From: Carpediemonas membranifera BICM
Lineage: Eukaryota; Protista; Fornicata
Length of the DNA: 64,000 nucleotides
NCBI GenBank assembly: GCA_019828565.1
Contig: JAHDYR010000005.1
Coordinates: 1,631,992 to 1,695,991 of the forward strand
Direction: 5' to 3'
The position numbers and the translations under genes were made by a program. Positions 30,801 to 40,288 of this stretch are shown here, one piece after another. Below the pieces are notes generated by a model. It was not told the origin of the DNA. It worked only from the letters and a program-made list of their open reading frames with translations, and ran no database searches. Numbering within the stretch: position 1 is the first letter of the stretch; each line of letters starts with the position of its first letter.

Positions 30801-31118
30801 CTTCAAGACAAGCTCAACAGCGACCGGGAGACGCTGACCGGTGTGCTTCACTCCATGTTTGACATCGTCCTGTACAGGGAGAGCCCCATGCTCTACAGTC
30901 TGTCCAAGGCGATGCTGCCCGTCATGGTGCTCATCTCAGACGAGCTCCCGGCTGTGCGGCAGACGCTGTTGGACAGATGTGACAATGAGGTCGACCAGGC
31001 AGAGGTGGCCCGGTGCTATGATAAGCTGCTCGTTGGTGTATCAGGTATTGATGACGTCGACGCCTTCCAGACCAACCTGCAGCTGTTCTCGTCGAGTGTC
31101 AACGGGCTTGTAAGGTGA
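27873..31118 (+). CDS. XPO7: Exportin-7 / RanBP16-17 family karyopherin
   Basis: FEQLSAELY start, RKATMMFRDKTL, ACLDFDF, LQIPSTWR, YHMFCQLIFRLK, CNFGVFQLFGD, YSLSKAML motifs. Confidence 0.85.
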   Translation: MDDLLDFDIQRFEQLSAELYSHPSEDARNNAQQQLDPLFVSSTRNLSAYMRLLDNVTTIYGQYCILQLIEKCVGQNWSALNSDTQRDLHAKLLNMVGFQSDRFTATNQFTALLRLYARVLKYGWVDSKDFRASLSAIVDSCLVPDIDNQRVLGIKTLVEVTKEMSTRSPGRTITQNRKATMMFRDKTLLSFMELSVSQLRRLYGPDASSSPLHDQIKTEYLNLACACLDFDFTCTSYVLDPTSDQFSLQIPSTWRSLVQTDWLLTLFFDIYRTESPPRSTLAIECISQLSAVKTSLLPTDADKLTYLNQLITGALRAMQNNLPLRDEAEYHMFCQLIFRLKPPFFTFRHVTRCVNFNDYIEALTQFTVASLAEYSSCKNGIHYLMKTWSRLSKNAEGSFGGETYNGGQIPLAAAQITQKFIGVYLSEIREAYTDGSYQQDDPLDDSQLEAMLDSISTLARSCYPQAAELLGADLVSLTNVINRGEATLLVEAEAAWILRVVAAVVEGRLTPGNESHDAELAGKAMAMLRAVDRSNEQAQSGTVAHINLEFAALLFLDAFKTAFISDNELAMRIYPAVQRDAGISNTPEMLAYTLDKLFWIIRVYPNVGRLVDRAFHFANKLTGNYYTGKTLPGLPIVRDILERYAADFQLFFQPDLLKKRTKLYHILGVLLFTQEDSGVVDRFVRPMLLSVSEAVKAVQQSTDQSAQLSVIRACRDVSGLLKAIQKYANFTAIYDILLPQTVSGPAPTPFFAMLETIARESPTEAELAIPILRVVTDFITGFQKSYDVSFDRFSTAGYRIFGSASKTMLVIAQAFLQLIPTIRERITTESDLWPRCYKVVYHLLQAVNKAVQTSFCNFGVFQLFGDNTVEAYLDTLLEIVASIPPDDILSHVKLSRTVFSFIQTIARSHIVALARMEGNTLARLVQLLVSAMVDNPATVSAASVSSPAAESIENLVTYIVEGTQSTTPFRNELARVLQDKLNSDRETLTGVLHSMFDIVLYRESPMLYSLSKAMLPVMVLISDELPAVRQTLLDRCDNEVDQAEVARCYDKLLVGVSGIDDVDAFQTNLQLFSSSVNGLVR

Positions 31119-31327
31119 GATACTTGATTTATGTTTAAAACTGGTGGTGACTTGGGGGAAGTCGATGGCCCCGAGGGAAGCAGGCTGGCCCTATATTCGT
31201 GTTCAGTGCTGTGAGTGCCCCGCGTTTACCACCTCGAAGCCCGACACAAGCCCGACAGGGCGGCATTGTCTATTTGTGTCAAATTACGATTGATGACATC
31301 CACACTTATCGCGTCAGCGGTAGTGAA

Positions 31328-33256
31328 ATGAACGCCAATGCGTATAGTGAAGAGGATTGCCGGGAGCTGGACATCACACTGTCCTGTGTGAAGCACGATA
31401 TCATGTTCCTGACGAAGTGTGATCCCAGACGAGATGAACTGATGGGGAACCTTGCTTCTTTCGTGAAAGAAAAGGTAACGCCGCTATATAATGAGTTATT
31501 CGGCGATATAACAACGTCAGATGCAAGAAAGGTGTTCATTGAGGCTCATAACATCGCCACCACGTCCAGCAACACCATCGCCAACGATGTTCCAGCCCTC
31601 ATCCGACGGGCATTCAGAGCAGAGTTCGGCGAGGAAATACCATCCGCCAGCGTCCCAGCCCTGCAAGATGCCCTCCGCAAGCTCGGATCGTGTCGGCTCC
31701 ACAACAAGCAGGCTATCCGCCTGCTTCACAGTGCCAATCTTGTCTTCTCCCGCGGCCCGGAACTGAGCATGAATATTGAACTTGGCGAAGGCGAGGACCT
31801 TCCAGTGAAGATGCACACGCTGCTCCAGGGCACAATCTGGGCCATACTGATGCAAGCCGGAGCCGACCCGGACATTGACACCCGCCCCGACAAGAGAATG
31901 CGGGACCCAAGTGGACACAGGTATAAGTTTGGCTATACTGAGAGAGAGCGCTGCCTCTGGTTCCTCTGCAAGAAGTTCTTTTTCTCGCACCAGGTTGCCG
32001 AGAAGGATTGCGATCAAAGCCTTAAGATTGACACCAGCCATTTCGCCCATCGACTATACTTCGGCCGGTTCTTCAAGCTGTCAGCTGACACTCGCCCGGC
32101 TGCCCGGAGATACACATGGATGCGACTCCCCCCAGTCATCCGACTCTATCGTCTGAAGTATCTGACGTTCATTGCTGTCACCCCGCGTGGCTTGTATGGC
32201 TACCTGCCCCACTGGCGGTGGCGCACCCCCGACTTTATGTTCGATGAGTTGCACCCCGACCGAATGATGAAAGCCCCTGCCCACATTGCTTTCACACGCT
32301 GCCCGGCCATCAGTGAGTATGAGGCCAGTCTGCCCGTGTGGCACAAGGACAGGGTGGCGACGGATATTCGCTTCCTCAAGGGCGAGCAAAGCATGTTCTG
32401 TGTGATCCTGACGCCAGTCGGTGTGGCAGTCAGCGGCGAGCAGACTGCCAACCTATCCAGAGCCCCCGGCGAGCGGAGGGATAGCGTCATCACCCGCGTG
32501 TTCCGACAGGTCCGGATGCCCGGACGATTCATACCCGATCAGGTCACCAACGTCGGGTCGACCATTCTGTTTGGACATGGCAGTCGGCAGATGATTGGCG
32601 GTGACAACTCCTTTGGCAAGCTCGGCATCGGTGATGAGGCGGCATGGGACGGTCTTGGGGTCTTCCCCTTGCCGTTCAGGGTCGACCGAGTCTTCGACTT
32701 CGGCGACATCATCAACGTGAAGTTCCATCTTTACCTCAGTGGCCGGCAGATACTGTTCGCTGGCGAGGTCCCACCCCACTTGATTGACTCTGGGTTGCTC
32801 ACTGGGTTCGAGGCGAAAGAGCTATGCCGCACAGCCACGCCGCTTCGATTCCCTAAGCGACTCATCGGTTTCTACTGCACCCAGCGGGCCGTAGTCTGTG
32901 TCTATATCAATCAGACAGTATGCCACGTGATACACCGCACGCGACATCGCAACCGATTCCTGACTGGTCTCTTGGATGAGCTGGATGAGCCTGAAGAGGA
33001 GAACCCACCCGCACCCCGCACTGACGTGCTCACGGTTGAGTTTGAGAGCTCCGCAGTGAGTGAGGTCGGGGTGTACTATGACTCTGTCTTCTCACTGCAG
33101 ATGAAGGGGACTGATCGGGGTGGGTGGCGGACACTCTCGATCAACGGCGAGGGGGAGACGGTTATCAGGCATGAGAGGGACATACGGTGGGGGGTGAAGG
33201 ATCTAGCCGAGGTGGAGGTGGATGCATATGGAGTTGAAGAGGAGTCGACATCATAA
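31328..33256 (+). CDS. Lineage-expanded F-box-like/degenerate RCC1 protein (member D, extra N-terminal helical segment)
   Basis: NDVPALIRRAF, GPELSMNIEL, HTLLQGTIWAILMQAGADPDI, CLWFLCKKFFFSHQVAE, LPVWHKD, GDNSFGKLGIG. First ATG at 31328. Confidence 0.85.
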   Translation: MNANAYSEEDCRELDITLSCVKHDIMFLTKCDPRRDELMGNLASFVKEKVTPLYNELFGDITTSDARKVFIEAHNIATTSSNTIANDVPALIRRAFRAEFGEEIPSASVPALQDALRKLGSCRLHNKQAIRLLHSANLVFSRGPELSMNIELGEGEDLPVKMHTLLQGTIWAILMQAGADPDIDTRPDKRMRDPSGHRYKFGYTERERCLWFLCKKFFFSHQVAEKDCDQSLKIDTSHFAHRLYFGRFFKLSADTRPAARRYTWMRLPPVIRLYRLKYLTFIAVTPRGLYGYLPHWRWRTPDFMFDELHPDRMMKAPAHIAFTRCPAISEYEASLPVWHKDRVATDIRFLKGEQSMFCVILTPVGVAVSGEQTANLSRAPGERRDSVITRVFRQVRMPGRFIPDQVTNVGSTILFGHGSRQMIGGDNSFGKLGIGDEAAWDGLGVFPLPFRVDRVFDFGDIINVKFHLYLSGRQILFAGEVPPHLIDSGLLTGFEAKELCRTATPLRFPKRLIGFYCTQRAVVCVYINQTVCHVIHRTRHRNRFLTGLLDELDEPEEENPPAPRTDVLTVEFESSAVSEVGVYYDSVFSLQMKGTDRGGWRTLSINGEGETVIRHERDIRWGVKDLAEVEVDAYGVEEESTS

Positions 33257-33403
33257 ATCTTGGAGAAAGCGTGGTCGGCGAGCATAGAACAGCCTGTTGG
33301 CACTATACTGGTTATGATCGTGGCCAAGCTCGATCGATCAGGGTCCAGTCGACGGTGGTCAAATTCGGAAAATCTCGCACAAATATCAGCCAGCCACGAA
33401 CAG

Positions 33404-36400
33404 ATGTCTGGCCTGACAACTATAAGAGGAACCATTTGGTGCGCATTGGTTCTACTACTCATTGCATACTCCTCTTGCACATTTTCAGCTTCAGGGACTG
33501 ACATCCGGCCCTCTGTGGGCACTGATTACGCCCTCGGGACCGCAGTAGACATCTACGGTTCATATGCGGTGGCTGCTGCGCCAGGATACAACGATGATGC
33601 TGGCCGCGTCTACGTATACGTCAATTCCGGTGGTTGGTCGCTTCTTCAATCGAACCTATACGGCGCCGACGTTCGGTACATGTTTGGCAGCGCAGTCGCC
33701 ATGCCATCGACCAACATTCTAGCTGTTGGTGCCCGTGGTGAGGGCGAGACGGTGTACGGTGCAGTATACCTCTACTATCGTTCGAGTTCGACGTTCGATT
33801 ATCGAACCCGACTGACACCCCCCAGCACGCCCGTGTATGCAAATTTCGGCTCTTCCCTCGCCATGACGACTTCTATGATGGTTGTCGGGGCTGCAGGCCG
33901 TCAGAGTGGCACTGGTGCCGTCTACGTATACTCTTATACATTAACGTATTCCACCACGTCATTCACACTCACAGCGACACTTACAGCCTCAGACGCAGCA
34001 GAGGGTGATTACTTCGGGTCGTCAGTGGCGATTAGCGATGATGAAAACTACATCATCGTCGGTGCGCCCAATGACGCAAGCGACAGGGGGGCCGCGTATC
34101 TCTTCTCGGGCTCATCCTACAGCACTCAGCAGAAGCTCACAGCCAGCGATGGTGCTGGCACGTATAGGTTCGGCGAGAGTGTCGCCATTACCAGCTACTA
34201 TGCAGTCGTAGGGTCACCATATAAGAACGTGGGCGGAACTAGCAACGCGGGCGGGGCATACATCTTCACGCGGTCAGGATCGACGTGGTCCCAGACCAAC
34301 GTCCTCACGGCCAGCACAGCCTACTCGGGTGGGACTTTTGGTGCCTCTGTCGCCGTCAGGTCCAACATCGTCTACGTTGGGGCAAGGAGCGACTACTCAG
34401 CGAATGGTCGTGTGTATGTGTGGACAAGGGTGAAAGGGGGCTGGGGGCAGCGGTTCACCATGAACAATGGGTACTCCAACAGCTACTTTGGTGCAGCCAT
34501 GAGCGTCAGTGGCAACAGCATCATCGTCGGCGGCAATGGCACCACGAGTGGGGCAACGAACGCCGGTATGTTCAGGGTGGTTGACATGACATGCTCGGTC
34601 TCGTCAGGGTACATTTGTCTCAGTGACAGCTCCAACTACCCCTGCAACACTGGGTACTACTCGACCTCCTCCTCCGCCACTGATTGCACGGCCGCCCCAG
34701 CTGGCGGCTATGTCTCAACGACGTCGGGGCCAGTGAGCACGTACTCGTCATGCGGCAGTGGCACTTACCAGGACAGCACCGCACAGACCAGCTGTGACAG
34801 CGTGTCCCCGGGTTACTATGCCAACAGCGGCCGGACAGGCCAGTCGGTGTGCTCCACCGGCTACTACAGTGAGGGTAACTGCGACTCGTGCACGCAGGCC
34901 CAGGCCGGGTACTACGTTCTTAGTTCTGACAAGACGAAGCAGCGGGAGTGCTGGAACGGCCACTACCAGCCCAACGCCGGCCAGTCCTCCTGTCTGATCT
35001 CTGGAGTCGGGTACTACGCCCCCGCTACCACACCCCAGACGAGTCAGTCGGCCTGTGCGTCGGGTTATTACGCCCCAGCTCAGTCAGCCTCGTGCACGCA
35101 GGTATCGGCCGGTAACTACGCCAAGTCCAGTGACCTGTCGAAGCCATACATGTGCAACGACGGCAAATACCAGCCTGACGCAGGGCAGACGGCATGCCTC
35201 ACCGCGGCAAAGGGTCACTACGTCCCTGCAAACGGCGCCCAGACAGTTCAGACGTCATGTAACGGCGTGGGTGAGTATCAGGACGAGACAGGGCAGGCTA
35301 CCTGTAAGAAGGCAGACGCCGGCTACCGTCCAGCAGAGAACAGACAGAGCCAGGTGGCCTGTGCGACCGGTACCTACAGTGCTGGTGGCGTTGACAGCTG
35401 CACCTCGGCCTCTGCTGGCTACTACGTCGACTCCAGCGACAAGTCGGCCCAGCTTCCCTGCGATGCGGGCAAGTATCAGCCATACACGGGACAGTCAGCC
35501 TGCATCACATCCAGCCCGGGCTACTTCGTCCCGTCGGCCGCCTCCATTGCCCAGCTGCCCTGCAACGGCACCGGGCAGTACCAGGACGAGTCGGGGGCTT
35601 CATCGTGCAAGACAGCGGCGGCCGGCTACTTCGCCAACGACGACCACACCGCCCAAGTGGCGTGTGCGACTGGCTACTACAGCGAGGGAGGGGCCAACGC
35701 CTGCACGGCCTCGGACCCCGGCCACTACGTGCTCTCCTCGAACAAGACCAAGCAGTGGGGGTGCACCGTTCTCGGCACGTACTCCCTCGGTGCCGCCAGT
35801 GGCTGCACCACGGTTGCCAAGGGCTATAGGGCCTTGACGAACTTTACTGGCATCGTATACTGTGACGATGTGGGTGGTTATCAGGACGAAACCGGCCAGA
35901 CCACGTGCAAGACAGTCGCCGAGGGCTACTACCCCTCCGCGGACAGGACAGCAGCCGTGGTATGTGCGACAGGCTATTACTCGTACGGCGCTGCGGACGC
36001 CTGCACTCAGGCCGAGCTGGGCTACTACGCGCTGGCCAACCACACCGACCATGTGCTGTGCGACGGCACGGGGGAGTACCAGGACGAGGTCGGCCAGACC
36101 GGGTGTAGGACGACCGAGGCCGGATACTACCCAACAGCGGACAGGACTGACCAGCAGCACTGCGAGGACGGCTACTACTCACCGACAGATGGCTGCGAGA
36201 CCTGCACTGCCGCGGACCCAGCGTACTACGTCTCGACGTCAGACCGGACGGCGCAAATCAGGTGCACGGTGGCCGGCACGTACTCTCTGGGCGGGGCGGG
36301 GTCGGCAACGGGATGTACTGAGGCCGAGCCCGGGTACTACGCCCTCTGTAACAACACTGACCACGTACTCTGCGATGGGACAGGCCAATACCAGGACGAG

Positions 36401-38449
36401 ACGGGCCAGACGACGTGCAAGGTCACTGCCGCGGGCTACTACCCCAGCGGCGACCGGGCGACACAGCTCCCCTGCGCCACGGGCTTCTACTCGTACGGCA
36501 GGGCTGACAGCTGCACTGAGGCCGAGCTGGGCTATTACGCCCTCGTCAACCACACGGCCCACATCCCCTGTAACTCAGGCCAGTTCCAGGATGAGACAGG
36601 CCAGCTCGAGTGCAAGAACGTCAGCACCCCCGGCCAGTACACGCCCGTCAGCGGGGCCTGGGCCGAACCGTTGTCCTGCCCCGACGGGTTCGACGTCACT
36701 GAGGACTTCACGGGCTGCTCCAGCTTCCTCGATTATATCACGGGATACACTGAATCTGTTTCAATAGATTTAGCTGAATTCGTCAACACCACGACCGATC
36801 TCGTGATCTCCAACATCGGGATCGCCACAGTCCCGCCCCAGTGTTCCCTCGCTAGCACCGTCCTGACCTGTACCGAGCCCGTCGACACTGTCCTGACTGT
36901 TTCTTTCGAGGCAGGCGGCACAGTGTTCTCTGGCTCTGCCGTGCTGCAGCTCCAGGGCTTGACTGAGCCCGCTGGTCTTGTCCGGTCTCACGTGGTCGGA
37001 CGGGTGAACGGGAACCGGGACTACGACCTGGGCTATTGGGCCACACCCCTCGGGACAGCATGCCCCCTGACCTACAGCCTGACCCAAGCCCCCGACTGGG
37101 CGACAGTCAATGACACGGCGCTGATCCTGGCCCCAACTGGACCACAGCCAGCGTCTAATGTGACATTTCTCACTGTCACTAACTGCCAGAATGTGACAAT
37201 GACGAATGTGCTGACGCTGACATATATGGCGATCGACCAGAGCAACGTGATTGCCGGAAAAGCCCGCGACTCGAACTCGACTTACCACAGCATCATTTTT
37301 GACACCATGAATGACATGGCAGTGACAAATGTCACCGTGAGCGGTCAGACTGGTGTGACTGTGAGGAACTCGACTTCAGGCGAGGCCATCTACGTCCCCA
37401 TCGGGTCAACAGTCAATGGCACGACGTCGATGACGGTAACGCTGTCCGACGGCACCACAGAGACACTCGAGGTCGCTATCCCCGCGACAACGGTCCGCTA
37501 CAACGCCACCGGTGCCGTCACGATCAGTAACGACACTATGATGGCCCGCACACCTGCTGTGAACGGATCCTGTGCCGCTAGCCTCGAGGCCAGCTTTCTG
37601 GGCGAGATGAACGTGACTACGGTGACCCTGGAGGATGGCACCATCTACTGCGTCACCACCGAGACCGTATCGGCCAACATGCTGGCGACAATGACATATG
37701 CAGTTTATGAGGACAGCAGCACTGTCCCGATTGCTAACGGGTCGACCCCAGTTACCCCAGAGCACCTCTGTGTCGGCATCCTGGACACGGTGACGAACTC
37801 GACCGCCGGATTCACTGATTCTAGCAGATATTTGATCGATCTCAACGGCGTGACTCAGTCGACTGTGATTGAGTCATCCCGAGTTTGTGTTGACGCGTCC
37901 TTCGTATCTACCGACGCTGCTATCGTCCCAGTGACCGGTGACGGCGCGGTGTCTCTCTCGCTGCTGTTTGATGAGGCATCCGTCTTCTCCACCGAGTTTG
38001 TCGTCGAGCCGATGGTTGTGGACGAGTTCCCCTGGCTGACCGTGATTGGGGTCGCCCTCGCAATCTTTGTGACCATCGCCCTCTGTCTCGCGTGCATCAT
38101 TACCACCTGCGTCTCCTGTACATGCGCAGCAGTCTGTGCCAAGTCAACTCATGTCTTCTTCAAGAAGGCCCGAATCTGGCTGGCATCTCCCCCCGCACCC
38201 CAGGGGGTCCCCGCCTCCTTCCGGTATCCTGTGGCCCGGCCCCAGTCGACCATGGCCGACAGCTACTACGCCCCCTCAGCTTACAGCCGGACCAGCACGA
38301 TGACCCAAAGCACCATCAGGCCGCAGATGTCGCGCATGAGCTCGTTCAGCCAGTCATACGCCCCTACGCCCTCTCTGGCGTCTGCCCCAACCAGCAAGTC
38401 GTGGCGGGTGTTTGATGGCCCTCTCCGTGATTCACAGAGTAGGCTCTGA
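33404..38449 (+). CDS. Large cell-surface protein: FG-GAP propeller, Cys-rich repeats, glycosylated stalk, TM
   Basis: Signal peptide, FG-GAP repeats (FGSAVA..VGA, FGSSVAIS..VGAP), about 20 two-Cys repeats (C..G.YQDE.GQ..C / C.TGYYS.G), many NxT sequons, TM with Cys cluster, Ser-rich tail. Confidence 0.9.
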   Translation: MSGLTTIRGTIWCALVLLLIAYSSCTFSASGTDIRPSVGTDYALGTAVDIYGSYAVAAAPGYNDDAGRVYVYVNSGGWSLLQSNLYGADVRYMFGSAVAMPSTNILAVGARGEGETVYGAVYLYYRSSSTFDYRTRLTPPSTPVYANFGSSLAMTTSMMVVGAAGRQSGTGAVYVYSYTLTYSTTSFTLTATLTASDAAEGDYFGSSVAISDDENYIIVGAPNDASDRGAAYLFSGSSYSTQQKLTASDGAGTYRFGESVAITSYYAVVGSPYKNVGGTSNAGGAYIFTRSGSTWSQTNVLTASTAYSGGTFGASVAVRSNIVYVGARSDYSANGRVYVWTRVKGGWGQRFTMNNGYSNSYFGAAMSVSGNSIIVGGNGTTSGATNAGMFRVVDMTCSVSSGYICLSDSSNYPCNTGYYSTSSSATDCTAAPAGGYVSTTSGPVSTYSSCGSGTYQDSTAQTSCDSVSPGYYANSGRTGQSVCSTGYYSEGNCDSCTQAQAGYYVLSSDKTKQRECWNGHYQPNAGQSSCLISGVGYYAPATTPQTSQSACASGYYAPAQSASCTQVSAGNYAKSSDLSKPYMCNDGKYQPDAGQTACLTAAKGHYVPANGAQTVQTSCNGVGEYQDETGQATCKKADAGYRPAENRQSQVACATGTYSAGGVDSCTSASAGYYVDSSDKSAQLPCDAGKYQPYTGQSACITSSPGYFVPSAASIAQLPCNGTGQYQDESGASSCKTAAAGYFANDDHTAQVACATGYYSEGGANACTASDPGHYVLSSNKTKQWGCTVLGTYSLGAASGCTTVAKGYRALTNFTGIVYCDDVGGYQDETGQTTCKTVAEGYYPSADRTAAVVCATGYYSYGAADACTQAELGYYALANHTDHVLCDGTGEYQDEVGQTGCRTTEAGYYPTADRTDQQHCEDGYYSPTDGCETCTAADPAYYVSTSDRTAQIRCTVAGTYSLGGAGSATGCTEAEPGYYALCNNTDHVLCDGTGQYQDETGQTTCKVTAAGYYPSGDRATQLPCATGFYSYGRADSCTEAELGYYALVNHTAHIPCNSGQFQDETGQLECKNVSTPGQYTPVSGAWAEPLSCPDGFDVTEDFTGCSSFLDYITGYTESVSIDLAEFVNTTTDLVISNIGIATVPPQCSLASTVLTCTEPVDTVLTVSFEAGGTVFSGSAVLQLQGLTEPAGLVRSHVVGRVNGNRDYDLGYWATPLGTACPLTYSLTQAPDWATVNDTALILAPTGPQPASNVTFLTVTNCQNVTMTNVLTLTYMAIDQSNVIAGKARDSNSTYHSIIFDTMNDMAVTNVTVSGQTGVTVRNSTSGEAIYVPIGSTVNGTTSMTVTLSDGTTETLEVAIPATTVRYNATGAVTISNDTMMARTPAVNGSCAASLEASFLGEMNVTTVTLEDGTIYCVTTETVSANMLATMTYAVYEDSSTVPIANGSTPVTPEHLCVGILDTVTNSTAGFTDSSRYLIDLNGVTQSTVIESSRVCVDASFVSTDAAIVPVTGDGAVSLSLLFDEASVFSTEFVVEPMVVDEFPWLTVIGVALAIFVTIALCLACIITTCVSCTCAAVCAKSTHVFFKKARIWLASPPAPQGVPASFRYPVARPQSTMADSYYAPSAYSRTSTMTQSTIRPQMSRMSSFSQSYAPTPSLASAPTSKSWRVFDGPLRDSQSRL
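34590..36720 (+). repeat. Intragenic degenerate tandem repeat (about 100-bp unit) encoding Cys-rich modules
   Basis: Recurrent ta(c/t)caggacgag..gg(c/g)cag and gg(c/g)tactac words. The peptide unit is about 34 aa. Confidence 0.8.
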
Positions 38450-38502
38450 TACCATAGTATTACTACATTATAAAAATGCAGTTCGGTGCTATTTTATTTG
38501 TC

Positions 38503-40059
38503 TTACTTCCAGACTGGGACGGAGGGCGGCACGACACACGGGGCGGAGGGTCTGATCGGCGATGAGTGGACGCCTGCACGGACCAGCACGCAGCGCTTGA
38601 CGTTCATGCGGGCCTCCGCGCTGTCAGTGTCGGTCACAGATTGGGCAGACCAAAGTCTCTCGGCTGGGGCGAGGATGCGAGGCCACATGCGGCCGTCAAC
38701 AGTGTCCTCGTCGACAGTTTCAGCCCACATCGCAGCCTCACCACCGAGGATGTTTGCCTGGTGAGCGGCGGGGATCTGATCGGTGGGATCCTGGGCATAC
38801 ATGGCCTTCCAGGTATCGATCCAGAGATAGGCTGTGGGCTGGTCGGGGATCTGCTTGTCAAGGTACCACGGGGAAGCGAGGATAGCATTGGAGCCAGTAG
38901 ACACGATCTCAGCGAGTTTGGCCCTGTCGGACCAGACCTCGAAGATGGACTGCTTGTGCTCGGCAGCAGTGAGACGAGCGAACATCTCTTCCCAGAAGAC
39001 GGGGGTGCGGCCCTGCTGCAGTACGGTGGGCATGACGTTGCGGACAAAGTACTCAGGGACCTGGCTTGAGCGGATGCCCTGCTTCTTCAGCCAGGCGGCG
39101 ACTGTGGCATCCTTGTCGTAGCAGATGGTCTCGACCTCATCGCCACCAAGGTGGGTATACTTGGTAGGGAACATGTTAGCCAGGTCGGCGGTGACGCCCT
39201 GGATCGCGGGGATGATCTTGCTCGAGGCGGGAGAGACGGGGATGTTGTTGATGTTCCGGTCCATGTGTGCGCCGCAGTCTGCTGTGAAGGCAGGGTCCGC
39301 ATGGCCCCAGATGGCGCCGTGGCCGGGGATGTCGACCTCGGGAACAACGGCGATGCCGAGCTTGGTGGCGAAGTCGACAACCTCGGAGACGTCGAGATCA
39401 GTCATGAGGGCAGATGGCACCCAGGCGCCGCCGTCGAGCTTGGGCTGGGAAGGCATGTGGACAGACCACGACTGGGCGTCCTCGAAGTGCCAGTGCATGA
39501 CGTTGAGCTTCGAAAGGGCCATGCCGACGAGGATCTTCTTCACAGTGAGCGGGCCGAGGTAGTGGCGGGCCGTGTCGACGAGGACACCGCGCCAGCCGTA
39601 GCGGGGGCTGTCAGTGATGAGCAGGCCGCTGGGAATGGTGGCCTCGTAGCTGCCGTAAGAGTAATCGGCAACGTCAGCGAGGGAAGCAAAGGCACGAGAC
39701 ATGCCAACGTGGTTTTTGGCGTGGATCTCAATGGTGTTGCCGTTGAGGAATGTGCTATAGCTCTCGTCGGTGGTGTGATCAACGGCCACGATGTAGCCAT
39801 CGTCGAGAACAATCTTCAGACCAGTAACATCACCCTTGGTGCTTGGGCCCGGGAAAGCAATCTTAGTCCACATGGAGGCAGAAGAACGCACCTTGTCGGC
39901 GTCGGGAGAAGAAATAGTGATGGAAAGCGGGCGAGAGATGGTCTTAGCCGAGCCACTGACCTGAAGCTTCGTCGGAAGAGGCATGACAGCATCAAACGTC
40001 GAATCAGCGAAAACGGACACGAAAACAGTCAGCAAGAGGGCAAATTGAAAGACCTTCAT
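38503..40059 (-). CDS. Beta-N-acetylhexosaminidase (GH20), secreted/lysosomal
   Basis: Signal peptide, DSPRYGWRGVLVDTARHY, KLNVMHWH, PEVDIPGH, catalytic HLGGDEV, GGEAAMWAE, WPR..AERLWS. Confidence 0.97.
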   Translation of the reverse strand: MKVFQFALLLTVFVSVFADSTFDAVMPLPTKLQVSGSAKTISRPLSITISSPDADKVRSSASMWTKIAFPGPSTKGDVTGLKIVLDDGYIVAVDHTTDESYSTFLNGNTIEIHAKNHVGMSRAFASLADVADYSYGSYEATIPSGLLITDSPRYGWRGVLVDTARHYLGPLTVKKILVGMALSKLNVMHWHFEDAQSWSVHMPSQPKLDGGAWVPSALMTDLDVSEVVDFATKLGIAVVPEVDIPGHGAIWGHADPAFTADCGAHMDRNINNIPVSPASSKIIPAIQGVTADLANMFPTKYTHLGGDEVETICYDKDATVAAWLKKQGIRSSQVPEYFVRNVMPTVLQQGRTPVFWEEMFARLTAAEHKQSIFEVWSDRAKLAEIVSTGSNAILASPWYLDKQIPDQPTAYLWIDTWKAMYAQDPTDQIPAAHQANILGGEAAMWAETVDEDTVDGRMWPRILAPAERLWSAQSVTDTDSAEARMNVKRCVLVRAGVHSSPIRPSAPCVVPPSVPVWK

Positions 40060-40288
40060 TGCTCGCTATCAAATGTGAGGACGGTGTTGACCAACGTCGA
40101 CCATCACATGATTAGTGTTCTTGACCAGCTGCTGTGGTGTCAGGTCGGGTCTATGAGTCTCTGTAACGCGGTAAATGAGCTTTATTTGAAGAATAGCGAA
40201 GAAGCGACTTTGCTTGACCAGACAAAACGCCGTCTAAATACCGGCAAATCCTTGACCTTAATGACCTAGCGAGCACACATTCAACACT

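Noticed and set aside
2121-33300. F-box/RCC1 family as a mobile element
   Set aside because: No shared flanks, terminal repeats, target-site duplications, poly(A) tails or transposase/RT motifs were seen around the five copies.
39151-40269. Long antisense ORFs (also 9854-10612, 29277-30221, 7159-7929 and others)
   Set aside because: Shadows of strongly C/G-biased codons on the opposite strand of clear genes.
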